Shown one piece after another: positions 51,473 through 62,565 of a stretch of 64,000 nucleotides of DNA. Made by a program: the position numbers and the translations under genes. The notes beneath the pieces were generated by a model, which saw nothing but the letters and a program-made list of their open reading frames with translations, ran no database searches and was not told where the DNA came from. This DNA comes from Squalus acanthias (lineage: Eukaryota). The stretch covers positions 111,850,001-111,914,000 of the forward strand of contig CM059431.1 in assembly GCA_030390025.1 (NCBI GenBank), written 5' to 3'. The number at the start of each line of letters is the position of its first letter. Position 1 is the stretch's first letter.

Positions 51473-53704
51473 GTTCATTATGTTGGCAGCTGATGCGCAT
51501 TATGAACCAATTTTAGAAGTCCTCACTCTCACTCTGTTCCTACTCACTCTGAGTGCTCTTGGCTCGAGATAGCACAGTGGATCTTGTGCCTGTACTACCA
51601 GTATTGCAAGTGGAAAGAAAGTTAAACTTCAATTATTTCCCGCTTTGGCTGCTGCTTGCTTTTTCTCCCCTGACTACTTGCTCGGTTACAGCTTCACAGC
51701 TGCTGTTTTCCCTCTGGTAGTTCATCCAACAGAGCGTTACTCGTCTTTGAACAGTGAGTATCGAGCTGTGGTGACGCCAGAATCGGGCCTGATCGCGATC
51801 TCGTCCTTATCTGATGTCCACGCAGGCGCCATCCCACAGGGGGTCACTGCATAGCTATCGGGAGCAAGAATACTGTTCCCTCCCTCCCGCTCCTTAACCC
51901 CTGCGGCCAGCTCTAATGTTCTCCCCACTACCCGAGTTGAAAGTCACTAACTCGGCACAGACTGCAGATCGAACCCGAAACTCTCCTTGTCCGTTTTGGA
52001 TAGTTACTGACTTGACAAGCTTGCTGAGCCATTAGAAGCTACCTACTTCTTGCTATTGTAACTGACAGAAATGCTCTAGGGATTTATCTCCATGCCTAAT
52101 TGAAACATTTTAGTCAAATATTTTTTCATACACATAGCAGAAATGGGATCATTATTCCAACATCCCTTAAACCCAAACTCGGGAGAGCACTGCTCGTGAT
52201 ACCAGTGTGAATCTGTTCTTGTGCGATCTCCAAATCAATTTGGTACTGTATTGTGAGCAATTTTGTGAATCGAGGCCAATAGTACCCAATTTAACAAGGT
52301 GGCTATGAATGAAGAAGACTGTTTGTTCCATTCTAGCTCATCCAGAAAGAAATAACCTGAGTCTTCTCCCACTTCCCCCAACCTTCTACCTTCTCTTATC
52401 TCCGAATCACAGCATCCAGGTGTTTCTTAAATGAGTTCAGGATGTTTTCCTCTACAACCATACCCAGAGGTCCAGACCACTCTGTGCACCAAGAACTAAC
52501 CCTACATCAGTCCTAAATTTTCCTTTTGCTAGTTTGAACCTATGTGCCTTTGTCCTACTTGTCATGGTTTCATTTCAAATGGTGTTCCAAATTTACATTT
52601 TCAATATCATTTGCTATCTTGAATACCTGTTCTAAGTCAATCTCTTGCAAGGCTGAAAAGCCTAAGTTCAGTCTTCTGTCTTTTTTTTTAAATAGTAGCC
52701 TTGTTCTCTGGTGCTAAGGACTCAAACAGTGCCTCTTCTCTGTACTGCACCCAGACCTTGAATACCTGCCTTGTGTCTTGATGACCAGAACTGGACATAG
52801 TCTTCAATGCCTGGTCTGACCAGAGCACTGTATAATCTAAGTGTGACTTCCTCTGATTTGCACTCCATTCTAGGTGTTGTGGGCCTGCGTTCTATTTGGT
52901 TTGGTTGCTGTTGTGCAGTAATTGGAATTATTGAGCACCGAGCCTGCTAATACTCCGAGATCTTTCAGCGTCACCCGTACTATTTCAGCACCTTCACGTA
53001 CTTTTCTTTGTATGTGTAATACTTTGCACTTGTCCACAATTAATTTCATTTGCCACTTTCTTGCCAGCCAGTTAACATACTCAGTTTGCTGTACACATGG
53101 TGTGTTTTTTTTTTTGTCCTCCTCTGCTTCCCATCCTTTCCCAACATCACTGTGAGATGTTTGACCGTTCCTTGCCAGGAGTAACTGCAATCCTACAGCC
53201 ATCTTGCTGCCAGGGAGCGTGGTGCAGAGAGTTAGAAAGGAGATGTCTTGACGTAGAACTGTCAGGAAGGGAATTGTAGGTCAGTGACTAAATTGTGGAG
53301 TAGCTGGTTTTTTTTCTTCTTTCTAGCACATCATTATATCACCAAATGTAGTCTGTAACAAAAATTATTCCATATTTGTAATCTTGACATTTTGTCAATG
53401 GCTCCATTGGTATAGGAACAATAGACCATTTAACCCCTCGAGCCTGTTACGCCATTCAGTGAGATCATGGCTGATCTGTGACCTAACACCATATCCCTTA
53501 ATACCTTTGGTTAACAAAAATCTAACAATTTCAGATTTAAAATAAACAATTGATCTAGCATCAACTTACATTTGTGGAGAGAGTCCCAAAATTCTACCAC
53601 CCTTTGTGTGTAGAAGTGTTTCCGAACTTCACTCCTGAAAGATCTGGCTCTAATTTTTAGGCTATGTCCCCTAGTCCTAGACTCCCCAACCAGCGGAAAT
53701 AGTT

Positions 53705-53731
<27 letters not shown>
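53705..53731. repeat. (CT)n microsatellite
   Basis: Direct reading. Confidence 0.95.
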
Positions 53732-53735
<4 letters not shown>

Positions 53736-53749
53736 GCAGTGTATAATTG

Positions 53750-54020
53750 AGCCATAAAGTTCAGCAAGTTCCAGATTTGATTTTCTGGCCTACACTAAGT
53801 TAGTTGTTGACCCACAGTGTCGGGCACTGCAGTTGGTTTCAATGTCCGAGTCAGGAAGGAGGAAATCAGCCAAGGTCGCTGCTTCTGATCGTTATCCATT
53901 GTCCTCTGCTGGAAAATGTGGATATTTGGAGAGGACACAATCTGACTCAAGTGTGCTGCCCCCCACAGTCAAATAGGCTGTCTAGACTCATGATGAAGAA
54001 TAGCCCCGAACGTGAAGTAC
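53750..54020 (+). mobile_element. Old SINE-like repeat; related copies at ~12560-12890 (-), ~22260-22410 (-), ~45620-45900 (+), ~51740-52030 (-)
   Basis: Shared blocks ggaaatcagcca.gg....gct.ctgatcg.tatcca and cccccacagtcaaatag.ctg; family not identified. Confidence 0.55.
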
Positions 54021-54029
54021 TGGAGAACA

Positions 54030-57000
54030 GCGGCAAATGGAATTTAACCCTGAAAAGTGTGAGGTGATGCATTTTGGGAGGACTAACAAGGCAAGGGAAT
54101 ACACAATGAATGGTAGGACCCTAGGAAGGACAGAGGATCAGAGGGACCTTGGTGTGCATGTACATAGATCCCTGAAGGCAGCAGGACAGGTAGATAAGGT
54201 GGTTAAGAAGGCATATGGGATACTTGCCTTAATTAGCCGAGGCATAGAATATAAGAGCAGGGAGGTCATGATGGAGCTGTACAAAACTTTAGTTAGGCCA
54301 CAGCTGGAATACTGTGTGTAGTTCTGGTCGCCGCACTATAGGAAGGATGTGATTGCATTGGAGAGGGTGCAGAGGAGATTAACCAGGATGTTACCTGGGC
54401 TGGAGCGCTTCAGCTATGAAGAGAGACTGGACAGGCTGGGGTTGTTTTCCTTAGAGCAGAGAAGGCTGAGGGGGGACCTGATTGAGGTGTACAAAATTAT
54501 GAGGGGCATAGATAGGGTAGATAGAAAGGAACTTTCCCCCTTAGTAGAGGGGTCAATAACCAGGGGGCATAGTTTCAAGGTAAGGGGCAGGAGGTTTAGA
54601 GGGGATTTGAGGGAAAACTTTTTCACCCAGAGGGTGGTTGGAATCTGGAACTCACTGCCTGAAAGGGTGGTAGAGGCAGGAACCCTCAACATATCCAGGG
54701 GTATTCAACATTTAGAAAGGATAGAATAAAAGGAAAAGGGGGTGGGGTAGCATTGCTGGTTAAAGAGGAGATTAATGCAATAGCTAGGAAGGACATCAGC
54801 TTGGAGGATGTGGAATCAATATGGGTTGAGCTGCAGAACACCAAAGGGCAGAAAACGTTAGTGGGAGTTGTGTACAGACCTCCAAACAGCAGTAGTGAGG
54901 TGGGGGAGGGTATGAAACAGGAAATCAGAGGTGCGTGCAAAAAAGGCACGGCAGTTATCATGGGTGACTTTAATATGCATATAGATTGGGCTACTCAAAC
55001 TGGAAGCAATACGGTGGAGGAGGATTTCCTGGAGTGTTTAAGGGATGGTTTCCTAAACCAATATGTTGAGGAACCAACTCGAGGGGAGGCCATCCTGGAC
55101 TGGGTGTTGTGTAATGAGGAAGGACTAATCAGCAATCTTGTGGTACGAGGCCCCCTGGGGAAGAGTGACCATAGTATGGTGGAGTTCTACATTAGGATGG
55201 AGAAGGAAACAGTTAAGTCAGAGACCATGGTCCAGAACTTAAATAAGGGCAACTTTGAGGGTATGAGGCGTGAATTGGTGAGGTTAAATTGGCAAGCGAT
55301 ATTTAAGGGGCTATCAGTGGAAGGGCAATGGCAGACATTTAGAGATCGCATGGATGAACTACAACAATTGTACATCCCGGTCTGGCGTAAAAATAAAAAA
55401 GGGAAGGTGGCTCAACCATGGCTAACAAGGGAAATCAGGGATAGTATTAAAACCAAGGAAGTTGCCTACAAATTGGCCAGAAGTAGCAGCAAACCCGGGG
55501 ACTGGGAGAACTTCAAAACTCAGCAGAGGAGGACGAAGGGTTTGATTAGGGCAGGGAAAATAAAATATGAAAGGAAGCTTGCAGAGAACATTAAAATGGA
55601 CTGCAAAAGCTTCTATAAATATGTAAAAAGAAAGAGGTTAGTAAAAACAAACGTAGGTCCCCTGCAGTCGGAAACAGGGGAAGTCGTAATGGGGCACAAG
55701 GAAATGGCAGATCAATTGAACAAGTACTTTGGTTCAGTGTTTACTGTGGAGGACACACACAACCTGCCGGAAATAAAAGGGGTCAGAGGATCTGGTAAGA
55801 GGGAGGAGCTGAGGGAAATCCTTATTAGACGGGAAAAGGTATTGGGGAAATTGATGGGACTGAAGGCTGAAAAATCCCCGGGGCCTGATGGTCTGCATCC
55901 CAGAGTACTTAAGGAGGTGGCCTTGGAAATAGTGGATGCATTGACGATCATTTTCCAACATTCCTTAGACTCTGGATTAGTTCCGATGGAGTGGAGGGTG
56001 GCCAATGTAACCCCTCTTTTAAAAAAGGAGGGAGGGAGAAAGCAGGGAATTATAGACCGGTCAGCCTGACATCGGTCGTGGGTAAAATGATGGAAGCAAT
56101 TATTAAAGATGTCATAACAGACCATTTGGAAAGTGGCGACATGATAGGTCCAAGTCAGCATGGATTTGTGAAAGGGAAATCATGCTTGACAAATCTTCTG
56201 GAATTTTTTGAGGATGTTTCCAATAGGGTGGACAGGGGGGAACCAGTAGATGTGGTGTATTTGGACTTTCAGAAGGCCTTCGACAAGGTCCCACACAAGA
56301 GATTGGTGAGCAAAGTTAAAGCACATGCGATTGGGGGTAATGTGTTGACGTGGATTCAGAACTGGTTGGCACACAGGAAACAAAGAGTAGGAGTAAATGG
56401 GTACTTTTCAGAATGGCAGGCCGTGACCAGCGGGGTACCGCAGGGTTCGGTGCTGGGACCCCAGCTGTTTACATTATATATTAATGATTTGGACGAAGGG
56501 ATTAAATGTAATATCTCCAAATTTGCGGATGACACTAAATTGGGAGGCAGTGTGAACAATGAGGAGGATGCTGGGAGGCTACAGAGTGACTTGGACAGGT
56601 TGGGTGAATGGGCAAATGTATGGCAGATGAAGTACAATGTGGATAAATGTGAGGTTATCCACTTTTGTGGTAAAAATAGAGAGGCGGACTATTACCTGAA
56701 TGGTGGCAGATTAGGGAAAGGGGAGGTGCAACGAGACCTGGGCGTCATGGTACATCAGTCACTGAAGGTGGGAATGCAAGTGCAGCAGGCAGTCAAGAAA
56801 GCAAACGGAATGATGGCCTTCATAGTAAGGGGATTTGAGTACAGGAGTAGGGAGGTGATGCTGCAGTTGTACAGGGCCTTGGTGAGGCCACACCTGGAGT
56901 ATTGTGCGCAGTTTTGGTCTCCTAACTTAAGGAAGGACATTCTTGCTATTGAGGGAGTGCAGCGAAGGTTCACTAGATTGATTCCTGGGATGGCCGGTCT

Positions 57001-57610
57001 GACATATCAAGAAAGATTGGGTCAACTGAACTTGTATCCTCTGGAGTTCAGAAGAATGAGGGGGGATCTTATAGAGACATTTAAAATCCTGACTGGTTTA
57101 GACAAATTAGATGCGGGCAGAATGTTCCCAATGTTAGGGAAAACTAGAACCAGGGGTCACAGTCTAAGGATTAAGGAGAAGCCATTTAAGACTGAGCTGA
57201 GGAGGAACTTCTTCACCCAGAGAGTGGTGAATCTATGGAATTCTCTTCCACAGAAGGTTGTTGAGGCCAGTTCGCTAAATATATTCAAAAGGGAGTTAGA
57301 TATAACACTCACAACTAGGGGGATCAAGGGGTATGGCGAGAAAGCAGGAATGGGGTACTGAGGTAGCATGTTCAGCCATGAACGCATTGAATGGCGGTGC
57401 AGGCTCGAAGGACCGAATGGTCTACTCCTGTACCTATTTTCTATGTTTCTATTCAAGAAGCATTTAGATGAGCACTTGAAACGCCATAGCATACAAGGCT
57501 ATGGACCAAGTGCTGGAAAATGGGATTAGAATAGATAGGGCCTGATGGCTGGCGCGGACACGATGGGCCGAAGGGCCTCTTTCTGTGCTGTATAACTCTG
57601 TGACTCTATG
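54030..57610 (+). mobile_element. Host CR1 3' fragment split by the nested CR1 (parts 54030-54692 and 57451-57610)
   Basis: FNPEKCEVMHFG..LVRPQLEYCV..IWNSLPERVVEAGTL continues after the insert as ttcaagaagcatttagatgagcacttgaa. Confidence 0.93.
54693..57450 (+). mobile_element. Young CR1 LINE, ~2.76 kb, truncated in the endonuclease; ORF2 open except one frameshift near 56020
   Basis: EN motifs VYRPP, GDFN, SDH; RT motifs PGPDG, NYRPVSLTS, YLDFQKAFDKV, GVPQGSVLGP, FADD; (ttctatgt) tail. Confidence 0.98.
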
Positions 57611-57854
57611 GAGGGCAGCCATTGAGTATGGAACTGCATCCACCATGCGTGGAGAGGATGAGGAAAATGGTTGGGATGGGACCTTTCTACACCATAACTT
57701 TTTGCATTGTAAAAAAAAAAAATGGGGCTAAAGCAGAGGCACGTGCAAAAATTTACAAAAACCTTTGTAGTTCTTGCATCTAATCTGGACTTGCATTTAA
57801 AACATCTGGCTTCCAGATCAGTAAGTTTAAAAAAATGGACATTGGACCATAGAA

Positions 57855-59140
57855 GGCGATATTAGGCGTAGGGACCAAAAATGTGGTCAGAGGTGGATTT
57901 TAAGGACCATTTTAAAAGGGATAGGTTTTAAAGAGCGTCTTAAAGGAGGAGAGGTAGGTGGAAGTAGTTTACAGAAGGAATTCCCGAGCCTGGGGCCCAT
58001 GGCAGGATGAAGGGAGGGGGATGTGCAAGAAGCCTGAGTCAGGGGAATGGAGAACTTGGTGGAGGGGATTGTAGTGCTTCAAGAGGTTACAGAGATGTGG
58101 AGAGGCAAGACCATGGTGAAATTTAAACACAAGGATGAGAATTTTAAATTTGAGATGTTGGGGGGCTGTAAGCCAATATAGGTCCGCGAGGAATAGGGTG
58201 AGTGGGACTTGAGGTGGGACAGAATACAGGCAGCAGAGCTTTGGATGCGCTGAAGCTGTTCGCAACCTTGGTGTCATATTTGACCCTGAAATGAGCTTCT
58301 GACCACATATCCACAGCATAACTAAGACCGCCTATTTCCACCTCCATAACATCGCCCGTCTCCGCCCCTGCCTCAACTCATCCGCTGCTGAAACCCTCAT
58401 CCATGCCTTTGTTACCTCTAGACTTGACAAATTCCAACGCACTCCTGGCTGGCCTCCCACATTCTACCCTTAGTAAACTTGAGGTCATCCAAAACTCGGC
58501 TGCCCGTGTCCTAACTCGCACCAACTCCCGTTCGCCCATCACCCCTGTGCTCGCTGACCTACATTGGCTCCCGGTTAAGCAGCGCCTCGATTTCAGAGTT
58601 CTCATTCTTGTTTTCAAATGACTCCATGGCCTCGCCCTCTCCCTATCTCTGTAATCTCCTTCAGCCCCACAACCACCCACCCCCCCACCGAGATATCTGC
58701 GCTCCTCTAATTCTGGCCTCTTGAGCATCCCTGATTATAATTGCTCAACCATCGGTGGTCGTGCCTTCTGTTGCTGAGGCCCTAAGCTCTGGAATTCCCT
58801 GCCTAAACCTCTCCGCCTCTCGTTCCTCCTTTAAGACGCTCCTTAAAACCTACCTCTTTGACCAAGCTTTAGGTCATCTGCCCTAATTTCTCCTTATGTG
58901 GCTCAATGTCATTTTTTTGTCCTATAATACTCCTGTGAAGCGCCTTGGGACGTTTTACTACGTTAAAGGCGCTATATAAATACTTGTTGCTGTGGTTGAG
59001 GTTTGCGGAGAGTGGAGGATGGGAGGCCAGCCAGGAGAGCATTGGGATAGTCGAGTCTAGAGATGACCGAGGGGGCGGATAAGGGTTTCAGCAGCAGATG
59101 GGCTGAGGTAGGAGCAGAGGCGTGCAATTAGGTAATCTTG
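57855..59140. mobile_element. Older L2 (-) interrupted by a younger L2 (+) at ~58255-58990
   Basis: Minus-strand L2 text (..gcagagctttggatg | gtggaggatgggaggccagccagg..) resumes after the plus-strand copy. Confidence 0.85.
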
Positions 59141-60754
59141 GTGAGAGAGAGGGTCTTGGGTGTGTCTGTCTGCAAATGCCGGTGAGACTACCCAAAGTAA
59201 CCACTTAAATGTTGAAAGAATGTTGTGGTCTAGCCCAGGTCTCAGACATGACGACAGTGATCTAACTCACCAGGCATCCCAGGACCTACTGAAATGTTTC
59301 CTTTCAATACTTCAATTAAGAAGCTCTTTCTTTAAATTCTTTGCACTTGTCGATGCAAGTACAATAAAAAGAAACTAAAATATTAGTGCACAAGGAAAGC
59401 GATCTGTATGTAAGTGCTGTGGGTTTCTAAATTAAGAGTTAAGAGCACTGTCCTGGTGATTCATTGCTTAAAGCCACCACTGGTGTTGTTTTACTGAGCA
59501 AATTCGACCTGTCTATGCTGAATTGCCCAGGGCCGCACGAGGCGCATTCCAGTGGGTCTCCGCATTCCTCGGCTGGAATTTCCGCAGAGCTTAGACACGT
59601 AAAGGGGGGGTTTCCACCCGACTTGCAGCAGAACGGGAGCAGCTCCGTGGAAATTCCCGGCCCAGGTCTAGGGAACGGAAGAATCCGTATTCTGACTGCT
59701 ATCTCGGGGACTCTCCTACTGGAGAAATCCACGCGCGGACATCTGATGAGAAGAGGAATGGGTTCTTCTGTGATGTGCCTGCCCTGGGGTTGAATAGCCC
59801 ATGGGGCGATAAAAGGCGCAAGTGGATTTTGAAACAATTTCTCAAAGTGTCGCATGGTACACCGCAGGATTTTTGAAGCGATCTGTATCCTCCCAATAAG
59901 AGGTTAAACCAGTGAGGGAAAAGAAAGACTTGCATTTATATAGCGCCTTTCACGACCTCAGGACGTCCCAAAGCGCTCCACAGCCACTGAAGCACTTTTG
60001 AAGTGTAGTCACTGTTGTAACGTAGGAACCGCGGCAGCCAATTTGCGCACAGCAAGATCCCACAAACAGCAATGTTGCCCTTTCTCTCCCCCCACCCGCA
60101 TTCACTTACTTTTTCAGGTATCCTATTTACCTCCTTGAAAACTTAATTTTTGGGGGCGTGTTGATGAGCAATGTTCATATCCCAAAACGTCTTAAGTGGC
60201 AGAGCAGGTGCACTCTCCCCCCGCCACCCCCCCTTGCGTACAGTCTAGTCCGCCTTTAGCTGCGAATAGCAAGCAGCTTTCATCCGATAGCTAATACGGT
60301 GACATTGCCAGTCATGGTTTTTTTTGGCTGAATACGCATTTCTTTCTCTGATTACATTAAAAGGCTAGCGGGCATGTATGTTTTTGGAATGTTCCAAGTT
60401 GTTGCTTTTAATCCACTGATTTGCCAATAAAGGCCTCCAAGCAAAAAGGTGTGCTTGCAATAATTGCACGCTCTCTGCCAAATCCGAAATGTTGCTTAAT
60501 ATGTTTAACACGTTGCTTTCGAAAAGTTAACGAGTTTGTTTGAAGAAAAAAAAATAGACTGCATTGATAAGATACAAATACTATATTCCTGTAACGATAC
60601 TGCAAATTGCATGACTTTTTCCATGAAAATAACATTTCTAAGCACATCTGAATAATGGTATGCTTGCATTGCAAAAGCTGCTTTTAAAAAAAATAAGAGC
60701 TCCCTTGTAATCAGTTTTTGTTTGAAGTACAGTCCCCACAATCACATAGAATTA

Positions 60755-61179
60755 CAGGAAACTTTCGTTTATCCGGCACCCAAATATCCGGAATTCTCGC
60801 TTAACCGGCAAAAATCATCCTCCGAAAACTCCTCTCAAATAACCGGCAATGTTGCCGAGTCGCAGTCGAGTCTTCGCGAACGCCGAGTGCTCCGAAAAAT
60901 CCTCTCAAATAACCGGCAATGTTGCCGATCCCGAGTCCGAGTCAGAGTCCGAGAACGCCGATTTAGTCAGTAGGGGTACTTTTCAAAAGTGCCACTACTC
61001 GGCCTCCTGGCGCTGTCGCAAGTCCGAAACATTGCAGTAGCAGGAGTAGATTCTCCTGTGCTGCTTGGAGTCTCTTTGTTAAAAATAGCCTCGGTAGATA
61101 TAACTCTCTGTTATCCGGTACTTTCGATAAACCGGCACCACGCCGGTCCCGTCGATGCCGGATAAACGAAAGTTTCCTG
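60755..61179. mobile_element. Tc1/mariner-superfamily (pogo/Tigger-like) MITE, 425 bp
   Basis: Perfect 24-bp TIRs caggaaactttcgtttatccggca (60755-60778, 61156-61179) and TA duplication on both sides. Confidence 0.93.
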
Positions 61180-61398
61180 TACATAGACTTTTACAGCACA
61201 GAAACAGGCCATTTTCCCAGCAGGTCTGTGCCGGTGTTTATGCTCCACGTGAGCCTCCTCCCACCTTGCTTCATCTCACCCTATCAACATATCCTTTTAA
61301 TCCTTAATGCGAAATACTGCGGATGTTGGCAATCTGAAATAAAAACAGAAAATGCTGGAAATACTCAGCAGGTCAGGCAGCATCTGTGGGGAGAGAAA

Positions 61399-61437
61399 CA
61401 GTTAACGTTTCAGGTCGATGACCCTTCATCAGAACTG
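61399..61437 (-). ncRNA. Minimal type I hammerhead ribozyme motif (family B) inside a Penelope terminal-repeat fragment (~61306-61450)
   Basis: caguu CUGAUGA a ggguc-auc-gaccu GAAA cguu aacug; 5-bp stem I, 5-bp stem II, palindromic AACGUU. Confidence 0.78.
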
Positions 61438-62094
61438 GACAAAGTTAGCGATTCCTTTCTTCCCTCGTGCTTATCTAGCTTCCCCTGAAGTTGCATCTAT
61501 GCTATTTGCCTCAACTACTCCTTGTGGTAGCGAATTCCACTCTTTGAGTCTTTTTAAACATTTCTTCCACCATTTTATTTCCTTGCTGCAGCAGTTTGGG
61601 ACTTTTTCCACAGCTGCTGTAAGCAGTGCTCTTTGACTAGCCCGCGAGGTGTGCGCTACTGTAGGACAGGCCCTGCTCTCTGAAAGAGCACCGTACTACT
61701 GCATTGATATTTGGCATCATTGAGAACCGTCAAAACTGGTCAGTCGGAGCTGGTCGTGGTGGGATTGACATTCCAGGCTAATGCTTGTTCACTCAGGTGT
61801 GAAGGGTTCTGCATTTGGACTGGGGCACTTTGCTTATACAGTCAGAGACTCTTTTGATTCGAGCCAAGTTTTCTAACCCTTTGCTCCATTGGTTTGGCAA
61901 TGTCCTGTTTATGCAGTGGAGCATCTTGGTTCCCGAGTGCGGTGCAACATGTGGTGATTTGCTAATCTCAAGAATGCTGACAGGCGGAGGCACAGTTCTT
62001 TTCCCACAGAGGGGTGTGGCGGGGGGAAATCTAAAGTGAATCAATCCACGCTGCTCTCATGCACCTCCCATGTATCTGGTTGTATAATGGCAGA

Positions 62095-62565
62095 GTCAGC
62101 TGTGGCTCAGTTGGTAGCACGCTCGCCTCGGAGTCAGAAGGTTGTGGGTTCAAGTCCCACTCCAGAGACTTGAGCGCGTAAAGCTAGGCTGACGCTCCAG
62201 TGCAGTACTGAGAGAGTGCTGAACTGTCGGAGGTGCCGTCTTTCAGATGAGACGTTAAACAGAGGCCCTGTCTGCCCTCTCAGGTGGATGTAAAAGATCC
62301 CATGGCACTATTTTGAAGAAGAGCAGGGGAGTTATCCCCGGTGTCCTGGCCAATATTTCTCCCTCAACCAACATAACAAAAATAAACACATGATCTGGTC
62401 ATTATCACATTGCTGTTTGTGGGACCTTGCTGTGCACAAATTGGCTGCCGCGTTTCCCACATTACAACAGTGACTGCACTCCAAAAGTACTTAATTGGCT
62501 GTAAAGCGCTTTGAGACGTCCGGTGTTCGAGAAAGGCGCTATATAAATGCAAGTCTTTCTTTCTT
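62095..62565 (+). mobile_element. Full-length tRNA-derived DeuSINE (SacSINE1-like)
   Basis: A box tggctcagttgg, B box gggttcaagtccc, Deu-domain and L2-derived tail. Confidence 0.9.

Noticed and set aside
54753..57361. Novel RT-based system or host gene
   Set aside because: Standard CR1 ORF2 motifs and tail; 5'-truncated; many sibling fragments in the window.
57780..57810. ctggacttgcattta as UCHL3 exon 7 (DLHF motif)
   Set aside because: Reads LDLHLK with no following IALV..DG.LYELDG; exons 7-9 probably lie beyond the window.
62095..62170. tRNA gene (also the head at ~40095-40165)
   Set aside because: A/B boxes run straight into SINE bodies; these are SINE heads.
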